A stretch of 63,601 nt of DNA, the filler included. It is 5 parts of 5 records of this genome, joined end to end, with 100 filler letters (N's around TTAATTAATTAA, not from the genome) between each part and the next. Parts side by side here need not be neighbours in the genome. Positions count along the whole stretch, not along the records: positions 1 to 28,427 come from SRR31156797_4940; positions 28,528 to 44,312 come from SRR31156797_4948; 3 more parts are not named here. One strand, written 5' to 3'. The notes under the pieces were generated by a model. It saw only the letters and a list, made by a program, of their open reading frames with translations. It made no database searches and had not been told where the DNA came from. Position numbers and translations under genes: made by a program. Every line of letters begins with the position of its first letter. Position 1 is the stretch's first letter. Positions 18,713 to 28,620 of the stretch are shown one piece after another.

Positions 18713-20174
18713 TGCTTCGTCCTCCATATTCAATTTCATCATCCGGCAATGGGAGAATGTAATTAGGTGATACATAAGAATAACTCAAAGACCCATTACT
18801 CACTGAAGGCACAGGAATAAATTCCTTATTCAATCTTTTGAAATAAAAGAACAATTGCCCTTCGCACATAAACTCCTTTGTGTACTCTTTATAAATTTCT
18901 TCTGTAATTTCAGCTTGCGATAAGCTTTCTGATAACTCATCCGGCAAATTCCGATGAAGTCGAACTGTATTTAGATAGGCAACCGCATCAGCCTCTAAGT
19001 TCGACTGATTGGCACATTCTGCAGCAATATAGTAGGCCTCACTAATTCTCATTAAAGGCATACGATATAAGAAAGCTCCAGTACTGCCACCAGGTTGTTT
19101 TAACTTGGTAGAGAATCGAATATCAACATCCGTTAATAACTTAGTTAAATAGGTATATCGATAATCGCCATAATAACCTGCCTTATGCAATTCGTAAATA
19201 CCTTCATAGTTTTCATCCAGCGTATATAAACCCTGATCTCCTGTAAAATAACTGTTATAGCTATCTCTTAAGTTGCTATCATATAGAGCAAAAATTAGTT
19301 CTTCAGAGAAAACAAAGTTTCTTTCATCTTCATCTGAAGTTGTAATCTCTGTTTCCGGCGTCCATGTAAAATAACTTTGATTGATAATAATCTGAGCGGC
19401 TTCCTGAGCCTTTGTATAATCATTCATATACAGATAAGCTCTTGCCTGCAATAACTTTACAGCATAATAGTTAAACTTATAAAAACGATCGCGTTCATAA
19501 GTCTCATCAAAAGCAGATCCAGAATCGTTCCCATCTATTACAGGGTCAATCAATAAGCTGTTTTCAGCCATTTCTAAATCACTCAAGGCTTTGTCTAACA
19601 CTTGCTGAACGGTTGCTGTTTGCGTTACGCTAGTACTTACGTTGGTAACATACGGAATAGCAGTACCATTGGCATCGCTGACAAAAGATGGCCCAAATAA
19701 ACGAAGCAGATCAAAATGAAGAAACGCTCTTAAACCATAAGCTTCTCCTTTAATTAAATCGTAATTACGACCAGTAAAAAGACTTTTATCTGCTTGCTCT
19801 ATCTGCGCAATAAGTTCATTTACATTGGCAATAGCATTATACATATTTGACCATACACTGTTGATGATAGCCACACTTGCGTCATTAGTATAATCGAAGT
19901 TGTAAGGATGATAATAGGCATGCGACGTTTGATAAATACCCGTGTAATACTGAGCCAACACATCGGTCATTCCAAAGGATAACTCACGACCATAAAGTGA
20001 ACCATCCGTCATTAACAAGTAAACACCTGTTAAAGCATCTTTAAAGCCTTGCTCGCTGGCAAAATTATCGTCCGATTTAATTTCTGTTTTCGGGCTCACA
20101 TCCAGCCACTCCTCACAGGAACTAAGAAAGAGAAGTACAACAAGACTGCTTATGATGATATAATATTTCTTCAT
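18705..20174 (-). CDS. RagB/SusD family outer-membrane lipoprotein
   Basis: SSCEEWLDVSP; GEAYGLRAFLHFDLLRLFGP; EFMCEGQLFFYFKR; LPLPDDE. Confidence 0.92.
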   Translation of the reverse strand: MKKYYIIISSLVVLLFLSSCEEWLDVSPKTEIKSDDNFASEQGFKDALTGVYLLMTDGSLYGRELSFGMTDVLAQYYTGIYQTSHAYYHPYNFDYTNDASVAIINSVWSNMYNAIANVNELIAQIEQADKSLFTGRNYDLIKGEAYGLRAFLHFDLLRLFGPSFVSDANGTAIPYVTNVSTSVTQTATVQQVLDKALSDLEMAENSLLIDPVIDGNDSGSAFDETYERDRFYKFNYYAVKLLQARAYLYMNDYTKAQEAAQIIINQSYFTWTPETEITTSDEDERNFVFSEELIFALYDSNLRDSYNSYFTGDQGLYTLDENYEGIYELHKAGYYGDYRYTYLTKLLTDVDIRFSTKLKQPGGSTGAFLYRMPLMRISEAYYIAAECANQSNLEADAVAYLNTVRLHRNLPDELSESLSQAEITEEIYKEYTKEFMCEGQLFFYFKRLNKEFIPVPSVSNGSLSYSYVSPNYILPLPDDEIEYGGRSNE

Positions 20175-20186
20175 AGTTATCCTATT

Positions 20187-23100
20187 TTAAAATCTTGATT
20201 GTAATGAAAATGAAAACACTCTCGCTCTTGGATAAGAAAGACCATACTCCTGTTTAACCGTACTTAATCTTCCAATATCATTCATATTAAAAGCTAAGCG
20301 CACATAATCAAAAGGGCTGTTTTTCACCCATTTCATTTCTGAAAAATCATAGGCAATATTCACCGATGAAAAAATCAGTTCATTTAAATCCTCTACAAAG
20401 CGTGATGTTGGTTTAGTGGTAGAATAGTCCATGATGCTTTTATATTTTGCCGGCACCCCAGGCGTATTCCATCTATCTGTTAAAACCCTTTTATCCACAT
20501 TATTATTTAAAACATCTACATTTTCTACCTTATTTACCAAGGTTGAATTATAAGTTTGTCCTCCCAGCCTGTATGTAAACACCATATTCAAATCAAATCC
20601 CTTATGACGAATATTTCCTCCTATGTTTCCTCTGAACTTTGGCGTTTCATCACCCACTACTACCTGATCAGCAGCACTCCATTCGAATGTAGTTGTACCG
20701 TCTTTTTTCAGGAATACTTCTTGTCCTGTAATGGGGTCAATACCTTTGGAACGTACAGCCCAAATGGCAGTCATGCTTTGTCCTTCTTCAAATCTTATAG
20801 ATGGCGTTTGCTGCGATGCTATTTCTTCGTCAGTCTCTCCATACTCTTCCTTTTGCTGATCCTGAACTTCATTTAGCTTCTTTAATGCATCTGATATCTT
20901 GGATATTTTATTTGTGTTATGACTCACATTTAAAAAAACATTTAAAGAACTTCTTGTTGACGGTTTAGACCACGCCCTGTAATTAAAGCTTAATTCAAAA
21001 CCCTGATTTTGTGTTTCACCTAAATTTTCTCTGTAAGATGAAAAACCTGATGATGGAGGTAAGGTTACATCAGTTAATAAGTTGGTAGTAGTTGATTTAT
21101 ACACATCTGCTCGTAGTGATAAAGCATTCTTAAAAAGAGCTATATCGGCACCAGCATTTCGATCATAAACTTGTTGCCACTTTAAATGATCATTTGCTAA
21201 GCCTAACAATACAATTCCCATATCGCCATTATATGTTTTATTCGTCAGGTACGAATAAGTAGAAATGGCCTGGTATGAGTTAAAATTTTGAGAACCAGTA
21301 TAACCCAATGATGCTCTTAACTTAAAAAGGTTAATCCATTCCATCTCCTGCACAAAGCCTTCCTGATGAAGATTCCAACCCAAACCAACAGACCAGAAAT
21401 TACCCCATCGCTCTTTGGCACCAAACATTGAAGAACCATTCAGACGATAAGAAGCATCTGCCAAAAAACGATTATCATACGAATAGTTAAAAGAACCAAT
21501 AACACCAACATTGCGCACAGTACTTTCACTACCAGAAGGACTTCCTCCAGATACATACTGGCTACCAAAAGAAATGTAGTCCATTTTATCTGAAGGGAAC
21601 CCCACTGCCGTCATACCGCTTGATTCACTAATTGCTTCTTCCAGGTTATATAATAAGTTTGTGTATAATAGATGCTTACCTTTTTCAATAGAATACGATA
21701 CACCCCAGTTAGTCGTTAGATTAATACTTTTGGCATTTGCTTTGGTGTATTGTCCACGCAAAAGGTAATCGCTCGAAGTAGGTGAAACATTTGCATAATC
21801 CGTATGTGATGCCGGTTTAAAAACATCCGTTTCGCTTAAGTTTTTTGAGAAACCAACTCGTCCAGTAATTTTTAAGTTCTTTTTAATATTCCACTCTCCG
21901 TAAAAATTCTCTGTTATTAATGTATATGCATTTTGGTCTTTACTATTTAATCCGGCATTGTACAATGGATTGTAAATTCCATCATCATACTCCTTCATTA
22001 AAGCTCCGGATTCATTACGAATTCTGTAATAAGGATTCATTAAAGAATAATCGGAGAAAGAACCATATGGTGAATTTTTAGCAACATTATCATCTATCGT
22101 TAAATTGTTTCTAAAAATCAGGTTTTTATACCTGTATGATAAAGTAACATTACCGCTTATGGTTGTTCTGTTAGAACCTTTCATAACACCCGCAATATTG
22201 TTATAGCTCAAACTCCCGGAATAACGCATAGCCTCATCACCTCCATCCAAATACAAACTATGCTTTTGCCCCACTCCTAATCTTAGAGGTTTCGCCATCC
22301 AATAGGTATTCACACCTCTTGCAATCTCTTTATACAATTCATTATATTCTTCGGTCAATTGAGCCTGAGTATATGCATTTGAAGAAGTGTATTTTCCGGC
22401 CAGAACTTCAGCTTGCAATTTTTCGCTGGCATTGGTCACATTATACGAGTTTAAATCAGGAACTGTAATATCCAAACTACCATTATAACTTGCTCTGAGC
22501 TTTCCTTGCTCCGGCTGAACTGTTTCAATAACCACCACTCCATTAGCTGCCTTTGATCCATAAACTGCTTTGGCAGCAGCATCCTTTAATATGGTAATAC
22601 TGCTAACCAGATTCATGTCCATATCATACACTTTCTCCATTGAGGTTTCGAAGCCATTCAATATAAAAAGTGGTTGATTGGGAGATGTTTCATATTCACC
22701 TTCAATATCTACATTTAAACTTGTAGGTCCTCGCAATTGAATTTCAGGCATTCTGTTGGGATCACTACCAAACTCAACGTTCTCTACAATAGAAAAAGCC
22801 GGATCAAGAGTTTGTAAGCTAACCAGTATATTTTGGTTACTTACTTTTTTCAACTCATTTTTTCCATATGAAACAACGGACCCCGTAAAAGTCTCTGTTT
22901 TACGGGTAAACATTCCGTTTCCCACCACAGCAACTTCATCCAGTTCTGACATTTCCTCTTCCATTTCCACTATAAGAATTGCCTGACCGGTATATTCTAA
23001 ATCCTGTGTTTTCATCCCTAAAAAAGAAAAGCGAATAAAGTAAGTTGTATCAGTTGGAACATCAAGGGTAAACATCCCATCTTCATTAGAGACTACACCT

Positions 23101-23552
23101 CTGCGTGTACCTTTTATCCAGACATTTACTCCTGGTATGGGCTGCTCTTTATTATCCGTAATAACGCCGGTAACTTTCTTTTCTTCGTAAATCGTATTTG
23201 CCTGAGGTACTTTTGCATTAACAAGAGGTTTATACTTAATGCCAATAATAGTACCCTCAATCTGATAAACAAAGCTACTCTCCTTAAATACCTTATCCAG
23301 AATATAACGAACCGACTTATTCACTGCCTTTATGGTAATCGGCTTAATATAAACGGTATCCTTGGTATTGTAAACAAAGCTATAATCCGTCTGATTTTGT
23401 ATTTCATCAAACAGTTCTTTTACCGTGGCTTCTTTTAAATCCAATGATATTTTTCTATCAGCATCCTGCCCTTCTACAACAGGTATAATTCCGAATAGAA
23501 AAAGAACCAAAAACGAGATTTTACAAACCCTATACATAATCTTTAATTCCAT
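20187..23552 (-). CDS. SusC/RagA TonB-dependent transporter with N-terminal STN signalling domain
   Basis: STN-like N-terminus; LKDAAAKAVYGSKAANGVVVIET plug motif; C-terminal Phe. Confidence 0.95.
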   Translation of the reverse strand: MELKIMYRVCKISFLVLFLFGIIPVVEGQDADRKISLDLKEATVKELFDEIQNQTDYSFVYNTKDTVYIKPITIKAVNKSVRYILDKVFKESSFVYQIEGTIIGIKYKPLVNAKVPQANTIYEEKKVTGVITDNKEQPIPGVNVWIKGTRRGVVSNEDGMFTLDVPTDTTYFIRFSFLGMKTQDLEYTGQAILIVEMEEEMSELDEVAVVGNGMFTRKTETFTGSVVSYGKNELKKVSNQNILVSLQTLDPAFSIVENVEFGSDPNRMPEIQLRGPTSLNVDIEGEYETSPNQPLFILNGFETSMEKVYDMDMNLVSSITILKDAAAKAVYGSKAANGVVVIETVQPEQGKLRASYNGSLDITVPDLNSYNVTNASEKLQAEVLAGKYTSSNAYTQAQLTEEYNELYKEIARGVNTYWMAKPLRLGVGQKHSLYLDGGDEAMRYSGSLSYNNIAGVMKGSNRTTISGNVTLSYRYKNLIFRNNLTIDDNVAKNSPYGSFSDYSLMNPYYRIRNESGALMKEYDDGIYNPLYNAGLNSKDQNAYTLITENFYGEWNIKKNLKITGRVGFSKNLSETDVFKPASHTDYANVSPTSSDYLLRGQYTKANAKSINLTTNWGVSYSIEKGKHLLYTNLLYNLEEAISESSGMTAVGFPSDKMDYISFGSQYVSGGSPSGSESTVRNVGVIGSFNYSYDNRFLADASYRLNGSSMFGAKERWGNFWSVGLGWNLHQEGFVQEMEWINLFKLRASLGYTGSQNFNSYQAISTYSYLTNKTYNGDMGIVLLGLANDHLKWQQVYDRNAGADIALFKNALSLRADVYKSTTTNLLTDVTLPPSSGFSSYRENLGETQNQGFELSFNYRAWSKPSTRSSLNVFLNVSHNTNKISKISDALKKLNEVQDQQKEEYGETDEEIASQQTPSIRFEEGQSMTAIWAVRSKGIDPITGQEVFLKKDGTTTFEWSAADQVVVGDETPKFRGNIGGNIRHKGFDLNMVFTYRLGGQTYNSTLVNKVENVDVLNNNVDKRVLTDRWNTPGVPAKYKSIMDYSTTKPTSRFVEDLNELIFSSVNIAYDFSEMKWVKNSPFDYVRLAFNMNDIGRLSTVKQEYGLSYPRARVFSFSLQSRF

Positions 23553-23589
23553 ACTTTATCTCATTCTTTATTAAATACTAACACTAAAC

Positions 23590-24726
23590 CTAGTTGTTTA
23601 TAAACACGGTTTTATTCTTCACTTCCATTTTCACCTCGGTAGTAAATTCAATTGATTTTAAAATATTCTCGATAGGTTCTTTTCTTGGAATATTTCCTGT
23701 AAATCGCAGTTTCTCAAATGATTTGTCCTCAAAATGAATATCCACATCATACCACAAAGACAGTGTTTCCATTATTTCTTTTAAGGTTTTATCGTTAAAT
23801 ATAAACTTACCTTCAGTCCATGCCACATATGGCTCTACATCAACCGTTTCAACACCAACATCTTTACTACTTTTACTATAAGAAGCCAACTGCGATGGTT
23901 TAATCTTATACTCATTTTGATCATCTCCTGATATCAGACTAACGCTACCATGTATGAGTACCACTTCAATCACATCACTTTTCCTGTTTTTAACATTAAA
24001 AGCTGTTCCGTATTGTTTCACTTTAATTTCATCGGTTAAAACATAGAATGGCCTATCCTTATCCGGAGCAATTTCAAAGTAAGCTTCTCCTTTTAACTCA
24101 ACGTCTCTTGAATCTCCTTTAAATGCAATGGGGTAAGTCAAGGTACTTTCTGAATTCATATGCACTTTGGTTCCATCTGAAAGGGTGATACGATACTCGC
24201 CTCCTCGTGGTACTTTAATAGTATTGTATTTAGCTTCAGAATTACTTGCCGTATTATGATAAGATAAAGTACCATTCAGATTTGTTGCTACTATTGTATT
24301 ATTGGATGCAATATCGCGAGTACCTCTTTCCTGCAAGTTAATTTCCGAACCATCTTCTGTTATTAATACAGCATGTGAATAACCGGGTAAAACGGGAGCC
24401 TCATCCTTTTGTAGTAGATAATAAACCGGGGTTGATAATGCGATCAGTAATACAATGGCTGCCGCATATTTCAACCAACTCGAAAGTTGAATTTTCGGAA
24501 CCTTATGACCTGTATGCGATACAAACTCAGAAAAAGCCTTTTTATAATCGATTTTTTTATAAACCGTAAAAGTCTCTGAAATTTCTTGTGAAGCATTAAT
24601 CTTATCAAAAAACGCTTTATTTTCTGGAGTATCATTAACCCAATCCTCTAGCTTCTTTCTATCACTGTCAGAAATCTCTCCTATGAGATATTCATATATT
24701 AATCTGTTAACAATTCTTCTTTCCAT
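23590..24726 (-). CDS. FecR-family anti-sigma factor
   Basis: VPRGGEYRITLSDGTKVHMNSES, LKGEAYFEI, GTAFNV; start placed at MERRIV (CAT 24724-24726). Confidence 0.9.
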   Translation of the reverse strand: MERRIVNRLIYEYLIGEISDSDRKKLEDWVNDTPENKAFFDKINASQEISETFTVYKKIDYKKAFSEFVSHTGHKVPKIQLSSWLKYAAAIVLLIALSTPVYYLLQKDEAPVLPGYSHAVLITEDGSEINLQERGTRDIASNNTIVATNLNGTLSYHNTASNSEAKYNTIKVPRGGEYRITLSDGTKVHMNSESTLTYPIAFKGDSRDVELKGEAYFEIAPDKDRPFYVLTDEIKVKQYGTAFNVKNRKSDVIEVVLIHGSVSLISGDDQNEYKIKPSQLASYSKSSKDVGVETVDVEPYVAWTEGKFIFNDKTLKEIMETLSLWYDVDIHFEDKSFEKLRFTGNIPRKEPIENILKSIEFTTEVKMEVKNKTVFINN

Positions 24727-24817
24727 TTTTCTCCGTTTATAGTTAAAACAACTATGTGGAGAAAAAGGGGTACAAAAATTTTTAAAAAGATGTAAAAAAA
24801 TAGGGTCACCTTTAAAA

Positions 24818-25387
24818 TCAACTAACAATATAAGGAAGCAACAACATAAAAAGCCGGGGGTCAACTTTACTTTTTATCTTTTTTATAGCACGTTTTTTAT
24901 GCGTTTTAACTGTTTCCACTGAAATTTTTAAAACTTCTGCAATTTCTGAATTCTTTTTTCCTTGCAGATGAAGTTCAAAGACTTCCTTGCATTTGTCTGG
25001 CAGTGATTCAACCAATTGATATACCAACTTGTAAATTTCCTGTTGTTCAATTTCTAGATCCAAGTCAAAAACACCGGAGTCTTTCCCTTTTATATTCTTT
25101 GCATACTTTTCTTTAACGGACAGGTGTTTTATGTGATTAAGAGCACTATTGCGAATTGAGTTATACAGATAGCTTTTAAAAGCACTAATATTAATAAATG
25201 TATTACCCTGCTCCCAAATATTGATAAATAAATCCTGTACCATATCCTCCGCCACACTCTGATCATCAACAAACTTCATGGCATATAAAGTCAATATGCG
25301 ATAGTACTGCTCATACAGATACTGATAAGCAGCCATATGCTTTTCTGCCAGCTTTTGTAAAAAGATATGATCCTCCTTGAAATTCAT
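24818..25387 (-). CDS. ECF sigma-70 factor (Bacteroidota SusCD-associated)
   Basis: AEDMVQDLFINIWE; LPDKCKEVF...EIAEVLKISVETVKTHKKRA. Confidence 0.9.
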   Translation of the reverse strand: MNFKEDHIFLQKLAEKHMAAYQYLYEQYYRILTLYAMKFVDDQSVAEDMVQDLFINIWEQGNTFINISAFKSYLYNSIRNSALNHIKHLSVKEKYAKNIKGKDSGVFDLDLEIEQQEIYKLVYQLVESLPDKCKEVFELHLQGKKNSEIAEVLKISVETVKTHKKRAIKKIKSKVDPRLFMLLLPYIVS

Positions 25388-25800
25388 CGTCGTTAAAAAA
25401 CAGGATATATAACTAAGTTATCCCAAATTACTAAATATAACTAGTATTGATGACTATTTGTTTGATAGCCTCTTTGCTGTTCTTATAAAGAAAACAGACT
25501 TTGAAACGGAGAATGGAAGAAAGGACAAATATACATTTTTATTGCAATTATGCCAGTTGCAATACAATTCCTATTAACCTTGTTCGAACTAAACACGAAT
25601 TTAGTTTAAGCACTAAATTTTTGACTCATACCAAGCACTATAAGTTCTATTTACGATAGGATATATCTTTCTATCAATCACACATTTACACACCAATCAA
25701 TAAAGAAATAATTCTTCAATAAAAGATACTTATCTGATAATCATGCTACATAACAGGTTTTAAAAAGACCAAAAGACTTCGGTTAATTGGGTAAAAGACT

Positions 25801-25808
25801 TAATTTTG
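25801..25808 (+). promoter_or_regulatory. Bacteroidota sigma-A -7 element for the mut operon
   Basis: TAATTTTG ending 38 nt upstream of the mutA ATG. Confidence 0.55.
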
Positions 25809-25845
25809 CGGTCTGAAAAAAAACAAACAGTTATACAGTTATATT

Positions 25846-27708
25846 ATGGCAGATAAAACTAAAAAACCGTTATTAAGTGAGTTTCCACCTGTTACCACCG
25901 AGCAATGGATGGAAAAAATCACAGCGGATTTAAAAGGTGCTGACTTTGAAAAGAAGCTGGTTTGGAGAACAAACGAAGGCTTTAATGTTCGTCCTTTTTA
26001 TCGTAACGAAGATCTTGATGGGGTGAAATACCTGGATAGCCTTCCTGGTGAATTTCCTTACGTAAGAGGAACTAAAAAAGACAACAAGTGGTTTGTTCGT
26101 CAAGACATTAACGCTGTGAATGCAACAGCAGCTAATGAAAAAGCACTGGATGTTTTAACTAAAGGTATTACATCTTTAGGTTTTACATTTTGCGAGAAAG
26201 TAGATGATTTTAATGCTGCAATTGAAACAGTATTAAAAAACATTATCTCTGATGATGTTGAAATCAACTTTTCTGCGAAGCATGGTAGCAAAAAACTTTT
26301 AGATGCAGTTGTTGCTCACCTAAAAAAGACAAACCGCGATCTTACTAAGGTTAAAGGTTCGGTAAACTTTGACACAATTGGTTGTTTAACTTCAACTGGT
26401 AAATCATGCAAGTCATACGACGAAATGTTTGAACATGCCAAAGAGATTGTTGAAGCAGGTAAAAACTTACCAAACTTTAAATCAATTTGTGTTAACGGAC
26501 GTCTTTTCAACAACGCAGGTTCATCCATTGTTCAAGAGTTGGCTTTTGCACTTTCTATGGGTAATGAGTATATCGCTCAATTAACAGAGAAAGGACTTTC
26601 TGTAAATGATGTGGCTTCTACTATGAAGTTTAACTTTGGCGTAGGCGGTAACTATTTTATGGAAATTGCTAAACTACGTGCTGCTCGTATGCTATGGGCT
26701 ACTATCGTTAAGTCATACAGTCCTGCAGGAAATGAGCCTACTAAAATGGCTATTCACTGCGAAACTTCTCAATGGAACAAAACAGTTTACGATCCATATG
26801 TAAACATGTTGCGTACACAAACAGAAGCGATGTCTGCAACTCTTGGAGGAGCTGACTCATTAACTGTTTTACCTTTTGACACTATCTTCAAAGAGTCAAC
26901 GCCATTCTCTGAAAGAATTGCCCGTAACCAACAGTTATTATTAAAAGAAGAATCTCACTTCGATAAGATTGCTGATCCTTCAGCTGGTTCTTACTACATT
27001 GAAAACTTAACAAACAGCATTGCTGAGCAAGCATGGGCATTGTTTGTAGAAGTGGAAGAAAAAGGTGGATACCTTGCTGCTTTAAAAGAAGGATTTATTC
27101 AAGCAACTGTTAAAGCAACTTCTGATAAGCGTAAGCAAGCTATTGCTACTCGTCGTGAAAACTTACTTGGAACCAACCAGTATCCTAACTTCACTGAACA
27201 AGTAGCTGACGTTATTACTGATGTAAAAACTTGCAAAACTAAATGCGAAGGAGACGTAGTGGTTGAGCCAATCGTTAAGTTCCGTGGTGCTGAAGAGTTT
27301 GAAGCTTTACGTTTAGCTACTGAAAAAGCTGAAAAAACACCAAAAGTATTTATGCTTACTTATGGTAACCTTGCTATGCGTTTAGCTCGTTCTCAGTTCT
27401 CAAGCAACTTCTTTGCTTGTGCCGGATACGAAGTAAAAGACAATAACGGATTTGCTACTGTAGAAGAAGGTGTAAAAGCAGCTAAAGAATTTGGTGCTGA
27501 CATTATCGTTCTTTGTTCTTCTGATGACGAATATACAGAAGCTGCTCCTCAAGCATTCGAAGCAATCAACAGAGAAGCTATTTTTGTGGTTGCCGGTGCT
27601 CCTGCTTGTGCAGATGAGTTAAAAGCTAAAGGTATCACAAACTTTATCAATGTTCGTTCTAACGTTCTTGAAACACTTCAAGGATTTAGTAAGGAGTTAG
27701 GGTTGTAA
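25846..27708 (+). CDS. mutA: Methylmalonyl-CoA mutase small subunit
   Basis: EFPPVTTEQW, LPGEFPYVRG, DPYVNMLRTQTEAMSA, DPSAGSYYIE; no DxHxxG cobalamin motif. Confidence 0.92.
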   Translation: MADKTKKPLLSEFPPVTTEQWMEKITADLKGADFEKKLVWRTNEGFNVRPFYRNEDLDGVKYLDSLPGEFPYVRGTKKDNKWFVRQDINAVNATAANEKALDVLTKGITSLGFTFCEKVDDFNAAIETVLKNIISDDVEINFSAKHGSKKLLDAVVAHLKKTNRDLTKVKGSVNFDTIGCLTSTGKSCKSYDEMFEHAKEIVEAGKNLPNFKSICVNGRLFNNAGSSIVQELAFALSMGNEYIAQLTEKGLSVNDVASTMKFNFGVGGNYFMEIAKLRAARMLWATIVKSYSPAGNEPTKMAIHCETSQWNKTVYDPYVNMLRTQTEAMSATLGGADSLTVLPFDTIFKESTPFSERIARNQQLLLKEESHFDKIADPSAGSYYIENLTNSIAEQAWALFVEVEEKGGYLAALKEGFIQATVKATSDKRKQAIATRRENLLGTNQYPNFTEQVADVITDVKTCKTKCEGDVVVEPIVKFRGAEEFEALRLATEKAEKTPKVFMLTYGNLAMRLARSQFSSNFFACAGYEVKDNNGFATVEEGVKAAKEFGADIIVLCSSDDEYTEAAPQAFEAINREAIFVVAGAPACADELKAKGITNFINVRSNVLETLQGFSKELGL

Positions 27709-27711
27709 TTA

Positions 27712-27763
27712 AGACACAAGTATAAAGCATAGACAAAAGTATAAAGACGAAAGTATAAAGACT
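27712..27763 (+). repeat. Left arm: three copies of AGACNMAAGTATAA upstream of the four-helix-bundle gene
   Basis: AGACACAAGTATAA 27712-27725, AGACAAAAGTATAA 27731-27744, AGACGAAAGTATAA 27745-27758, then AGACT. Confidence 0.8.
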
Positions 27764-27768
27764 TTAGA

Positions 27769-28125
27769 ATGCATAATTTTAGAGAATTAAAAGTTTGGCA
27801 AAAAGGTAGGAACTTGGTTAAAGATGTTTACCAACTAACTACACAATTACCCAAAGAAGAAACTTTCGGCTTAATAAGTCAAATTAAAAGATCTGTAATT
27901 TCAATACCCTCCAATATCGCAGAAGGAGCAGGTAGAGGAACAGACAAAGACTTTAATCGCTTTTTGGATATGGCTTATGGTTCTTGTTTTGAACTTGAAA
28001 CACAATTGATACTTTGTGTTGATCTCAATTATATACCTGAATCTAATTTTGAACCAATTCAATCTCAGATTCAGGAAATACAAAAAATGTTATTTGCATT
28101 AAAATCAAAGTATAATAGTAACTGA
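27769..28125 (+). CDS. Four-helix-bundle protein (23S rRNA intervening-sequence protein family)
   Basis: FRELKVWQK...[27 protein letters not shown]...[16 protein letters not shown]; 118 aa. Confidence 0.92.
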   Translation: MHNFRELKVWQKGRNLVKDVYQLTTQLPKEETFGLISQIKRSVISIPSNIAEGAGRGTDKDFNRFLDMAYGSCFELETQLILCVDLNYIPESNFEPIQSQIQEIQKMLFALKSKYNSN

Positions 28126-28135
28126 TTAAATCTTT

Positions 28136-28161
28136 AGTCTTTATACTTTATACTTTATACT
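28136..28161 (+). repeat. Right arm: (CTTTATA)x3, reverse complement of the left arm
   Basis: AGTCTTTATACTTT 28136-28149 is the exact reverse complement of AAAGTATAAAGACT 27750-27763. Confidence 0.8.
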
Positions 28162-28169
28162 ATTTAATT

Positions 28170-28427
28170 ATGCGACCAGATTTTAAAAATATAGATTTCA
28201 AAAAAAGTTCTCCTTGTGGCGGCGTAAACGCTAAAGAGTGGGAGAAAAAGAACGGAATTAAAAAAGACTGGGTTACTCCAGAGCAAATTCCGGTTAAGAG
28301 TGTATACTCAAAAGACGATTTAGAAGGTATGGAACACCTGAACTATACAGCAGGTTTACCTCCATTCCTACGCGGACCATATTCAGGTATGTACGCTATG
28401 CGTCCCTGGACAATTCGTCAGTATGCA
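28170..28427 (+). CDS. mutB: Methylmalonyl-CoA mutase large subunit, N-terminal fragment (contig end)
   Basis: TPEQIPVK...[25 protein letters not shown]. Confidence 0.92.
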
Positions 28428-28527
28428 NNNNNNNNNNNNNNNNNNNNNNNNNNNNNNNNNNNNNNNNNNNNTTAATTAATTAANNNNNNNNNNNNNNNNN
28501 NNNNNNNNNNNNNNNNNNNNNNNNNNN
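28428..28527. other. Artificial contig linker
   Basis: 100-nt N run containing TTAATTAATTAA; GC content and gene content change across it. Confidence 0.97.
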
Positions 28528-28547
28528 GCAGGCATGTGCCAAGCCCA

Positions 28548-28613
28548 ACCGCCTCGTAACAGCCACTCGCCTTGGGTACCGTGTGAGAAGGTGAGTGGCT
28601 AAGACGAGGGGGT
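28548..28613 (+). ncRNA. Putative structured RNA (long hairpin) immediately upstream of the RT; 5'-truncated by contig edge
   Basis: AGCCACTCGCCTT 28561-28573 pairs with AAGGTGAGTGGCT 28588-28600 (13 bp, one G-U); CCTCGT 28552-28557 pairs with ACGAGG 28604-28609; ACC/GGT closes the base. Confidence 0.55.
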
Positions 28614-28620
28614 AAGCGCT

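Noticed and set aside
24727-24864. Cys-rich N-terminal extension of FecR
   Set aside because: It overlaps the ECF gene end and the spacer; a typical FecR start is MERRIV at 24726.
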